A DNA stretch of 17,197 nt, counting the filler, from Kondoa subrosea (Eukaryota): assembly GCA_039545335.1 (NCBI GenBank). It is 10 parts of 10 records of this genome, joined end to end, with 100 filler letters (N's around TTAATTAATTAA, not from the genome) between each part and the next. Parts side by side here need not be neighbours in the genome. Positions count along the whole stretch, not along the records: positions 8,548 to 10,298 come from BCIN01000022.1; positions 10,399 to 11,895 come from BCIN01000023.1; positions 11,996 to 13,484 come from BCIN01000024.1; positions 13,585 to 14,841 come from BCIN01000025.1; positions 14,942 to 16,041 come from BCIN01000026.1; positions 16,142 to 17,197 come from BCIN01000027.1; 4 more parts are not named here. One strand, 5' to 3'. Of this stretch, positions 9,591 to 17,197 are shown piece after piece. Position 1 is the stretch's first letter. Each line of letters opens with the position of its first letter. The notes under the pieces were generated by a model that was not told the DNA's origin, searched no databases, and worked only from the letters and a program-made list of their open reading frames with translations. The position numbers and the translations under genes were made by a program.

Positions 9591-10298
9591 TCAACTGAGT
9601 GAAGCGGAAGAAAGACTTCTTCGATCGCTTGTCAATCGACCTTGTTCGTCCGTCGTGCTTGTAGCTTTCATTGCTCGACCAATGACCGTCTTCGCACTGA
9701 GCAAAGAATGCCTTGATGTACTTGGTCGAAGCGTTCGAGTGCTTGGTACGGAATTCGTTCGGTTTGCGGCTTTGCCTCCACCTAAATTCAATATCGATGG
9801 CTTCTTCTTGATGAACGGAGAAGGTAANCTGTCTTCATCTTCCATATTGTATCTAGGTGGTGCAGTTGCGGTGCGACTTGCAGCAGCTGGTCTAGGAGGT
9901 AGAGGAATAGCTGCAGGCGCTGCTGCTAGTCTGTCTTCTGATGATGCTCTAGCTGAAGCGAAGGCTACTGCTGCTGTACGTTTCGTCGGACTTGCAGGAC
10001 ATGAAGCAGGTTCTTCTATCAAAGGTGGAGAAGACTGTTCGCTTCGAGGAGGGAAGAAGCTGTAGACTGAATGAGCGCTGAGAGGAGATCGTTGTGATTC
10101 GATAGTAGAGGGAGATGATCGTAAGCTGTCTTTGNAAGAAGNGTGGAAGAGTTGTCTTGCAGTTGGTGGTTTCTGAGTATTGAGATTGTACATAGACTTT
10201 GAAGCGATCATTCTTCGACGGTTTTCTGAAGAGGGTGGGCAAGATCGTTCGGCAGAACCCATGTTTTGTGATGCGCGAGTGAGGTATTGCTGCTGTTG
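9591..10298 (-). CDS. C-terminal Ser/Pro-rich tail of a protein, probably a NimA/Nek-family kinase; 5' truncated
   Basis: Open from the contig edge to the stop at 9591. The motif PPRYNMEDEDXLPSPFIKK resembles the DExLPSPFLK-type C-terminal motif I recall from fungal NimA kinases. The kinase domain is not in the window. Confidence 0.5.
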   Translation of the reverse strand, partial: QQQQYLTRASQNMGSAERSCPPSSENRRRMIASKSMYNLNTQKPPTARQLFHXSXKDSLRSSPSTIESQRSPLSAHSVYSFFPPRSEQSSPPLIEEPASCPASPTKRTAAVAFASARASSEDRLAAAPAAIPLPPRPAAASRTATAPPRYNMEDEDXLPSPFIKKKPSILNLGGGKAANRTNSVPSTRTLRPSTSRHSLLSAKTVIGRAMKATSTTDEQGRLTSDRRSLSSASLS

Positions 10299-10398
10299 NN
10301 NNNNNNNNNNNNNNNNNNNNNNNNNNNNNNNNNNNNNNNNNNTTAATTAATTAANNNNNNNNNNNNNNNNNNNNNNNNNNNNNNNNNNNNNNNNNNNN
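10299..10398. other. Artificial contig spacer
   Basis: 44 N + TTAATTAATTAA + 44 N. Confidence 0.99.
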
Positions 10399-11895
10399 AA
10401 GCCTGAAGCTTCTGCTCTGTACATCGAACAAACTCCTGAACGCAAAGTAAGCTCTTCCATAGCATCCGCTCGGTTTCAACTTATGTACTTGCAAATTTCA
10501 GGTCGCTGCTCAGATTGAGTTCTACCTCAGTGATCACAACCTTCCCTTTGACAAATTCCTCTTCGAAACAACTCAAGGAACTCTCGCTTCCGATGTACAA
10601 ACTTCTGCACCAGGAACAGGCTGGATTGCATTGACGACTTTACTTTCCTTCAAACGAATGAAACCTTTCCAAGAACTTGGTCTCGCCAAAGTAGCTCAAG
10701 CAGTTCGAGATTATTCTTCTGATTTAATGGAAGTCAACCCTGAAGGAACCAAAGTGAAAAGAACGAGACCGATTGCTGCTTTACCTTACGGAGAAGTTTT
10801 GAATCGTTCGATTTATGCTAAAGGATTTCCTTCTGAGAATGAGGTTGATGATTTGCAAGAAAAGCTGGAAAACTGGTTCAGACAGTTCGGTAGAGTGAAT
10901 CAAGTTAGAATGAGGAGAGAAGGCGGAAACGCTACAGAAGGTGCTAGCAGCAGAACTTTCAAGGTCAGTCAGGCACTTTACCTTAAGGCGATATATGACT
11001 GAGATGGGATCCACCTGACAGGGCTCAGTCTTTTGTGAATTCGCTACACCCGAAATCGCGAAATCTTTCGTTGCAATTGAACCCAAACCAACTTTCCCTC
11101 TTATCATGACTGAACCTATCATTTCAATGATGAAGTGAGTGTTCCTCATGATCAAGTGGAATTGTCTCTCATCAATGACCGCAGGCAAGATTTCATGGAC
11201 ATGAAAGTGAAGGAAAAGGGCATTGATACAAGCAAGCGTCCGTCAAAAGAAGAAGAACAGCGTAAACCCAATTCATTCAATGCCTTCAAGGTCTTGAGGG
11301 AAGCAAAGTACAGCAAAGATAACAAAGACCGTCCTGCAGGTCGACATGACAGAAGAGATGACAATCGAGAACGTCGACCAAAAACGGCTGAAGATATTCC
11401 CGAATCAGAATTGGAAGTCAAGTACTCTGGAGAGTCATACAAGATTGATCGAGAAGGCAATGTCGTTGATCCGGAAAGCATCAAATTCAAGTCTGACATG
11501 ATTTTGACTTTTACTGGCGTTGGCGATGGATCTGTAAACTATTCTGCTTTCAAACAATCGATTTTCGATAACATTGGACCTGCTTTTGTCAAGTTGCCGC
11601 ATGAGGCGAAAGAAGGCACTTGCGCATTCAAAGAAACTCTTTCGGATGAGAAGTTGACTAAATTGCAAGATTTGAAGATCAAATTGGGTGATGCTGAAGA
11701 ACCATTAACATGGACGAGGATGTCAGGTTAGCTTTCCTGCCTTGAGGGCTTGGCGTACGGTGTGCTTACAAGGTTTTTATTGATAGGCGAAGATGAANGT
11801 GCATATCATGTCGCACAGGCCAACTTCTTTGGACAAAAAAGCATCGATGAGAAGCTAGGTCGAGGCAAAGACAAAAGTGGATCAAGAGGAGGTCG
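10399..11895 (+). CDS. LHP1: La protein (Lhp1/Sla1): La motif, RRM1 and a second C-terminal RRM; partial at both ends
   Basis: KPEASALYIEQTPERK|VAAQIEFYLSDHNLPFDKFLF...GWIALTTLLSFKRMKPF...LMEVNPEGTKVKRTRP (La motif); NRSIYAKGFP...FGRVNQVRMRR...FK|GSVFCEFAT (RRM1); ILTFTGVG...AFKQSI...FVKL...GTCAF...LTWTRMS|GEDEXAY (RRM2-like). Introns at about 10447-10501, 10963-11020, 11135-11184 and 11727-11786. Confidence 0.92.
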
Positions 11896-11995
11896 NNNNN
11901 NNNNNNNNNNNNNNNNNNNNNNNNNNNNNNNNNNNNNNNTTAATTAATTAANNNNNNNNNNNNNNNNNNNNNNNNNNNNNNNNNNNNNNNNNNNN
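11896..11995. other. Artificial contig spacer
   Basis: 44 N + TTAATTAATTAA + 44 N. Confidence 0.99.
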
Positions 11996-12427
11996 AAGTA
12001 CAGCATTGCAGTACAATTTGTGGTGCAGAGGCTTGCTACTTTGTACAGCTGGGTGCGAAAGCAATGTAAACATGCTCGTTCACAACTTAAAGACGAGCAG
12101 CTCTCTTGTCTAGAATCATCCACTGCCCTGTCTTATAGCAGCTCTCCTATGGAAACAGCTATGAAATTCCTGGCAGCAATCCCATCGCGATCCTCTTCCT
12201 CCCTGGACACATGGAGTAAGTGCAATTGTTTGCATTGCTGAAACTCCTTGGCTAATCCTGTCGAGCTCTCAACAGGTCACTCGATCGATCAGATGGGAGA
12301 GCCAGGACAGACGTGAAGGGGCCCGTCGTGAGCGGAAGCAACCACATCCGTTCTGCATGGTGCTCTCCCTTCTGAGATAGATCTGGGAACAAAGACTGGC
12401 TAATCCAGGTCTCCCGAGATCTCCATA

Positions 12428-12509
12428 TGGACGACATGGACAACTGGACGACATGAACGATTGGACAACTATGGACGACTGGACAACTGGACGACTGGAC
12501 GACTACGAC
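12428..12509. repeat. Short tandem repeat, unit TGGAC(G/A)AC, about 9 copies
   Basis: tggacgac-a-tggacaac-tggacgac-a-tgaacgat-tggacaac-ta-tggacgac-tggacaac-tggacgac-tggacgac-tacgac. Confidence 0.9.
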
Positions 12510-12697
12510 ACAGCAAGGGGAACAAGCTCTCTTCTCGGCNAAGGGAAGCGCTGCTCTCTTCTCAGTAACCCTTCTGCTTGTTCTTTTCTAGCTTTGTTCC
12601 TTCTCGGACAGACGTCTGCATATGGTAACAGAGATATAGCATAACCAAAAAGACGCAAGAGCAAAGCAGTCGTTCTATCAAATCCTACCATGACTGC

Positions 12698-13222
12698 TTA
12701 TTCACGAGTAAACTGAGTGTGATGATAGCTGATCAGCTCACTGCGCGTATACCTGATGTGGAATCGAGTGGAAGTTGAAGACAGAAAGCCAGACATTGAA
12801 ATGCCCCTTGACCTCGAACGAAGATTCAGCGTCGATATCTTGGCCACTGGTACATCACGTGCTATCTCTGGCTGTGCTGTGTATGCGCAATAAATGAAGA
12901 CTGCAGACAGGTCGAATTCGCTGTCGTTGCAGGAGTCTATTGAACTTTCAGCTCCTGAAGAACATCGTTGGAACTCAGACTATGCGCAACGAAGATACAA
13001 TGACCGTTGCTGTTGACTACTGCTGAGAACTTGGGCTTTGCTTTTATTTCCCACCACTGCCTGCGAATTCTTGACTCTGACCAAATGATGCTTCTGATGC
13101 AATTCATATCAATGGCTAGCTCGATTAGATGTATCCTTTTGAACCTCTCACCCTGAATCGCCGAGCATCTTTCGTTTCCCGAGCTGGTCTTGCATGACAT
13201 TTTCTGAACGTTTCTCATCCAT
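12698..13222 (-). CDS. Possible small spliced hypothetical gene
   Basis: The ATG at 13222 can be joined through two GT-AG introns to a TAA at 12700-12698 (MDEKRSENV...DSG|SIIWSE...VNSN|GAESSIDSC...FTRE). The second donor (GTCATT) is weak and no domain is recognised. Confidence 0.25.
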
Positions 13223-13327
13223 CAATCAATACCTATCTCTAACTATCTATGTCGGGACTCATCTGTAATCGTAACATGACCCTGTCCACAACCCATTACG
13301 TGCAACACCCCCATGCAAAAAAGTAGC

Positions 13328-13332
13328 AAAAA
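13328..13332 (-). terminator. Oligo-T tract (Pol III terminator-like) directly after the tRNA
   Basis: TTTTT immediately follows G73; a T6 run lies a few bases further downstream. Confidence 0.6.
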
Positions 13333-13484
13333 CGACCACCCATAGGATTGAACTACTGGAAGGATGTCAGGTATGAAACCACTTTGTGTGCAGACAGGTA
13401 ACTCACTGGACCTCCCGATTAACAGTCGGACGCTCTAACCAGCTCTGAAAGAGGATATGGGTTAGGGATGCGCTAGAAAGAAAA
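13333..13484 (-). tRNA. tRNA-Asn(GTT), 5'-truncated, interrupted by spliceosomal-type introns (exons 13407-13444 and 13333-13355)
   Basis: Joined exons read AGCTGGTTA GAGC G TCCGA CTGTTAA TCGGG AGGTC CA|TAG TTCAATC CTATG GGTGGTC G: D loop, D-stem 3' strand, anticodon arm (GTT at 13423-13421), 5-nt variable loop, perfect T arm, 7-nt acceptor strand and G73. The insert 13356-13406 is GTGAGT...CTGAC...CCAG. The upstream 13445-13484 ends CTAAC...pyrimidine tract...CAG. Confidence 0.88.
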
Positions 13485-13584
13485 NNNNNNNNNNNNNNNN
13501 NNNNNNNNNNNNNNNNNNNNNNNNNNNNTTAATTAATTAANNNNNNNNNNNNNNNNNNNNNNNNNNNNNNNNNNNNNNNNNNNN
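13485..13584. other. Artificial contig spacer
   Basis: 44 N + TTAATTAATTAA + 44 N. Confidence 0.99.
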
Positions 13585-13805
13585 GCTGGGACCTCTTCTG
13601 TAAGTTCGCTGTTCGCTGTCCATCTTGTGACCGCTTGATTGAGATGCATGTGTTCAGGATGGAAAATCGGTTCATGCGATGTCTACCGGTAAGAAGAACA
13701 GCCAGGCTATGGATGTCGATTCTCGAGCTGGGACCTCTTCTGTAAGTTCGCTGTTCGCTGTCCATCTTGTGACCGCATGANTNAGATGCATGCGTTCAGG
13801 GTGGA
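13585..13805 (+). repeat. 142-bp-period tandem repeat (84-nt exon + 58-nt intron)
   Basis: GCTGGGACCTCTTCTGTAAGTTCGCTGTTCGCTGTCCATCTTGTGACCGC...GTTCAGG occurs at 13585 and at 13727. Confidence 0.9.
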
Positions 13806-14293
13806 CAGTCTAGTAAAGCCANTCAAGTCGATGAAAAGGAGGCTCGATCTTTAAGTGTACGTCAAAACTTTCGCTTTCGTCGCAGAACCTGTACTTACCA
13901 GCTGCCTCAGGTGCAGCCTGGTTAGTCGCTCGATATGCGCTGGGACTGCGCTTAATGCAGTGTACAGANAAGGGTTCCGTGACTTTGGACCAGTTGGGCA
14001 CAATGATGACGAAGTTCAGCGCTGAACTCCGTAGGCGTTCTCTTCTGCGCTTTGATGATCGATGCTGATGAGCTGTTAGACCTCATTCGCGACGAAATGA
14101 ACAACATTCGCGACGAAATGAAGAACGAAATGAACAACATTCGCGACGAAATGAACAACATTCGCGACGAAATGAAGAACATTCGGACTGAATTGAAGGC
14201 CGAGATTCAAGCAGCGTCAGTTCTCTCATTTAGTGGGTTCTTCGCAAACTTATTAATCTATGCAGTCGTTGTACCTGCAAGCAGGCTGCATAA
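13585..14293 (+). CDS. 3' part of a spliced gene for a low-complexity protein with a heptad-repeat coiled coil
   Basis: Six GT-AG introns splice in frame: AGTSS|DGKSVHAMSTGKKNSQAMDVDSRAGTSS|GGQSSKAXQVDEKEARSLS|VQP|XKGSVTLDQLGTMMTKFSAEL|HLIRDEMNNIRDEMKNEMNNIRDEMNNIRDEMKNIRTELKAEIQA|ARCTCKQAA, with TAA at 14291-14293. Confidence 0.7.
14084..14185 (+). repeat. 21-bp coding tandem repeat (IRDEM[N/K]N heptads)
   Basis: CATTCGCGACGAAATGAA(C/G)AA four times, with one 12-bp partial unit in the middle. Confidence 0.92.
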
Positions 14294-14701
14294 GCATTAG
14301 TACGTACCTATCGCAACTCAACAGATCTTCATTGCTGACCAAATGCTTGCTCAACCTTCAGTCCTATATGTCTCTTTCATGCTTGTAATATCACAACATG
14401 GTTTCTTATATTTATATACCCACATGCAAAGATGATCCTCTCTCAGAAGTTGTACAAANCTCCTTGACGATGCACTGCTCTGAAGTGCTACTTTGAACTA
14501 TCTCTTTCTTTGAATCTCAGTTTGGCTTAAGACAGCGATATCCAGCACAACCAGTGTCAGACTCCGTACGTTCTTCGCTACATTTGCTGCACGTGTACAG
14601 TAGCTCATCGCAAGGGATCCGGCGAAGACGTTTATCAATGACAAATCAAACTGTCCGTCAAGATGATAATAGCGAAATGCTAGCAAGCAAGCTGAAGGAA
14701 C

Positions 14702-14841
14702 AAGCCCGTTGCAGATGCAACAGTATCTACAGAAAAAGCAGAAGAAAAGCCTGAAGCTTCTGCTCTGTACATCGAACAAACTCCTGAACGCAAAGTAAGC
14801 TCTTCCATAGCATCCGCTCGGTTTCAACTTATGTACTTGCA
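14702..14841 (+). CDS. LHP1: 5' portion of the La gene, continued in the contig starting at 10399; start codon unresolved
   Basis: KPVADATVSTEKAEEKPEASALYIEQTPERK then GTAAGC; 14747-14841 is identical to 10399-10493. The frame is closed upstream at about 14693, so the start needs a frameshift correction or another exon. Confidence 0.8.
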
Positions 14842-14941
14842 NNNNNNNNNNNNNNNNNNNNNNNNNNNNNNNNNNNNNNNNNNNNTTAATTAATTAANNN
14901 NNNNNNNNNNNNNNNNNNNNNNNNNNNNNNNNNNNNNNNNN
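14842..14941. other. Artificial contig spacer
   Basis: 44 N + TTAATTAATTAA + 44 N. Confidence 0.99.
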
Positions 14942-15322
14942 GAATGTTTGAAGTCTCTAGCAAAGCTTAAAGATAAAGATTTGCGATTATTGCTTCGAAA
15001 CCTTGTTCAGGCCTGGGAACAGCTTCCGATCGTGCCCGACAGGGAAGAGCGCTCATTTTGGGACATCTTGGCTGCTAAAGAAGAAGAAAGCCGCAAAGCA
15101 GCATCAAAGAAGAAACACACCGTAGAAGGCACATTCTCACTGCAAAGTCTGCGGTCAGTTATAGAAGAGGCGATGGATGAAGAGGAGTTGGAGTTGGTTC
15201 CTGCTAAAGACGATGAATACTTACACAAGAAAGATGAACTTGCCATTCTACTGAAGAAATTCAAGAAAGATATTTCTAGGTGGTCAGATCGGGTCCCAGC
15301 CGAGCTTGAGAAACGGGTATGA
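14942..15322 (+). CDS. Fragment of a charged, helical hypothetical protein
   Basis: Open from the contig edge (ECLKSLAKLKDKDLRLLLRNLVQAWEQLP...DRVPAELEKR), ending at a stop or a possible GTATGA donor. I could not splice downstream exons reliably. Confidence 0.5.
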   Translation, partial: ECLKSLAKLKDKDLRLLLRNLVQAWEQLPIVPDREERSFWDILAAKEEESRKAASKKKHTVEGTFSLQSLRSVIEEAMDEEELELVPAKDDEYLHKKDELAILLKKFKKDISRWSDRVPAELEKRV

Positions 15323-16041
15323 GTGGAATAGAGAGCTTGGCCTCGCGCTTCTGAGAAAGCAATGAGTCTCTGCACACAACAAGCTCAAAATTGCCAGAAA
15401 GATCTGACAGAACGAATTGCAAAGACATTACAGCTGTAAATTGATTGTTTTGCAGTGTACCAATACATGTTAATAGCAAGGACCCATTTTTGACCAGAAA
15501 GCTTTCCTTTGCCAAAAAAAAAATGATACATGAGTAGTTCAAGTAGCCTTGGATATCCCTTTGCTTGAAAACGATCGCTTGCTCGCTGCAGGGACGCAAC
15601 CTTCCCGACTGCTGATGTTCCTTTGCAGATATTGCCGACAGAACCGGAGACGGCCTCATTCTGGAATACCGGAAAGTGGAAAACGACGCGAGAAGAAGGT
15701 GACACATTTGGCAAAAGCAAACTCCAATCTCCCAATTCGTCGGGTTGAGCTGAAATTTAGGGTAGCGAAAAGTCATCCGCGGGAATGCGCAAATTTCTGC
15801 GAGAGTAGACGCCTTGAGGACGAGCATCTCTTCGCCTTTGTATGTCACTAGTAGCTGCAACGCCTCAACAGCTGAGTAATCTTGGGACATAGCCCTTTTG
15901 CTCACTGCACTGAAACGGTCTTGTTGACTTGCCAATATGCTTCCTCGCTCGTGTCTGCTTGCAGATCATGAAGCGTAGCCTCCAAAGCGCGTCGTCAAAC
16001 GTTGCAGATTCATGTGATCATGTGTTCATACGGTTTCTCAC

Positions 16042-16141
16042 NNNNNNNNNNNNNNNNNNNNNNNNNNNNNNNNNNNNNNNNNNNNTTAATTAATTAANNN
16101 NNNNNNNNNNNNNNNNNNNNNNNNNNNNNNNNNNNNNNNNN
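16042..16141. other. Artificial contig spacer
   Basis: 44 N + TTAATTAATTAA + 44 N. Confidence 0.99.
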
Positions 16142-16623
16142 ACTTGATGCAAATCGCCTGCTTCTGACAAGGTAGGGTAACGCATGAGTGAGTCGTCTGA
16201 CTGAGCAAATCTCGCTCTCTGTTGCTCTGACATATCTGGCGTGCTTTGCGATGTATTGTAAGCGTCTGCTGAAGTGCTTTGGTCACCAAATATTTCTGCT
16301 GGCCATTGACTGGCTATGTCTGAAGAACCGCCAGAGGGATTGATGCGATGATGAGGCACAAAACCTGCATCGCCATTGTCCTCATTTGAGGATTTTGAGC
16401 GAGAGCTCAATGATCTGCGTTTGATTTGAGGCAGATCCAGGTCACTACCAGCTGCTGACACAGGGCTTCCATCCCTTCGAGCGCTTGACAGGCCTTCCGG
16501 ACTATCGTAGTAGGTGCTGACGAACTGGCTTGCTGTAGTTTGCGTGGACAGGCGAGAATCGTTAGCTGAGGGTATAAGCAACGCGGACAGGTTTCGCTGT
16601 TGCTGCTTGTCGTCAGTGGTCAT
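16142..16623 (-). CDS. N-terminal Ser-rich, probably disordered region of an unidentified protein; 3' truncated
   Basis: ATG at 16623, open for about 160 codons to the contig edge (MTTDDKQQQRNLSALLIPSANDSRLSTQTTASQFVSTYYDSPEG...). Confidence 0.6.
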
Positions 16624-16867
16624 ACTCGTGTCTATGGTATATGAGCTCGTCCAGCGGCTTCAATGATATCGCATGGCTGNAGGCGGACAACTCTCGCGAA
16701 TTATGACCGCCGAGGTCCCATTCTGCCAGTCTACATCTCGCTGCCAGAGCAAAGCATTGATCGACTGAAGGATTAGTATCGAACGACATGTGTACAATGG
16801 ATATAGGAAGATCGAAATATACAAGAAGTGAATGCTAAGCAACAAGATCGCACTGAGGGGTGCTGAA

Positions 16868-17197
16868 TCAACCAGAGCACCTATGGACGAGAGCGAATTA
16901 GCCAAATCATGGTGGAACAGCATAAGAAATACTCACATCATGCATGCTATGGCAGTCAAGAAGCGTAGACATGAGCGAACGGAGCTGCTACTGAAGAGGG
17001 TATGACATACCCTCTTTATTTTCCAAGCTGCACATCAATTTCTCGTTCTCGAGATCTCTCGCCTCTTTTCGCTTCATAGCTTCTTCAAACGAAAGTTCTT
17101 CATCGTTGGCGGCGGGCGAGACAGCAGCCGGAGGTAGAGAAGGATCTTTGCGAACTGGTTGAATAGGTGCAAGTCCATCGCGAGCTCTGAGCGCAGG
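16868..17197 (-). CDS. RNR1: Ribonucleotide reductase large subunit, 3' end
   Basis: SFEEAMKRKEARDLENEKLMCSLENKE|ACM (10-nt exon 16937-16946)|MCSG-stop (TGA 16870-16868). CSLENKEACMMCSG is the characteristic C-terminus of eukaryotic R1, carrying the redox CxxC. The upstream linker has likely 1-bp indel errors. Confidence 0.88.

Noticed and set aside
9655..11668. Antisense ORFs over the NimA-like tail and the La gene
   Set aside because: Explained as shadows of well-supported genes on the opposite strand.
12453..12644. ORF MNDWTTMDDWTTGRLDD as a repeat peptide
   Set aside because: It arises from an 8-bp repeat that does not keep frame; no other coding support.
13355..13410. The tRNA insert as a transposon footprint bounded by TCCAGT direct repeats
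   Set aside because: The repeats are 50 nt apart, so deleting between them leaves an extra base in the T stem. Only the 51-nt GT-AG excision gives a perfect arm, and a branch site is present.
10399..13484. Functional linkage between La (binds pre-tRNA 3' oligo-U) and the intron-containing tRNA
   Set aside because: A spacer separates them and there is no evidence of physical linkage.
15276..15935. 219-aa - strand ORF
   Set aside because: Non-ATG start, crosses a T9 run, no motif, and no consistent spliced model on either strand. Part of it could still be an exon.
2291..16141. Recurring TTAATTAATTAA as a biological repeat or CRISPR-like array
   Set aside because: It is always centred in 44+44 Ns; this is a six-frame-stop linker.
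88..17197. Apparent cell-cycle cluster (CDK1, NimA-like kinase, RNR1)
   Set aside because: The genes are on separate contigs ordered only by length.

Overview
This is not one locus. It is ten short contigs (2290, 2267, 1829, 1761, 1751, 1497, 1489, 1257, 1100 and 1056 bp, in descending size) joined by an artificial 100-bp spacer (44 N + TTAATTAATTAA + 44 N), so nothing can be inferred from adjacency across spacers. The DNA is eukaryotic and intron-dense (many ~50-60 nt GT-AG introns, CTRAY branch sites, micro-exons), probably from a basidiomycete fungus (inference). Genes I could reconstruct: a complete 12-exon divergent CDK1-family kinase (PSTAVRE), a gag-like zinc-finger ORF resembling a tyrosine-recombinase retroelement, an Mrs2/CorA Mg2+ channel whose contig is circularly permuted, the 5' part of an AA9 LPMO, a probable NimA/Nek kinase tail, a La/Lhp1 protein split over two overlapping contigs, a coiled-coil repeat protein with a duplicated exon-intron unit, and the 3' end of RNR1. 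The standout is at 13333-13484 (- strand): a tRNA-Asn(GTT) gene apparently interrupted by spliceosomal-type introns at non-canonical positions. One is complete (51 nt, in the T stem) and its exact removal restores a perfect T arm. The other is partial, at the D-stem/D-loop junction. Several frameshifts fall in short homopolymers and are probably sequencing errors.
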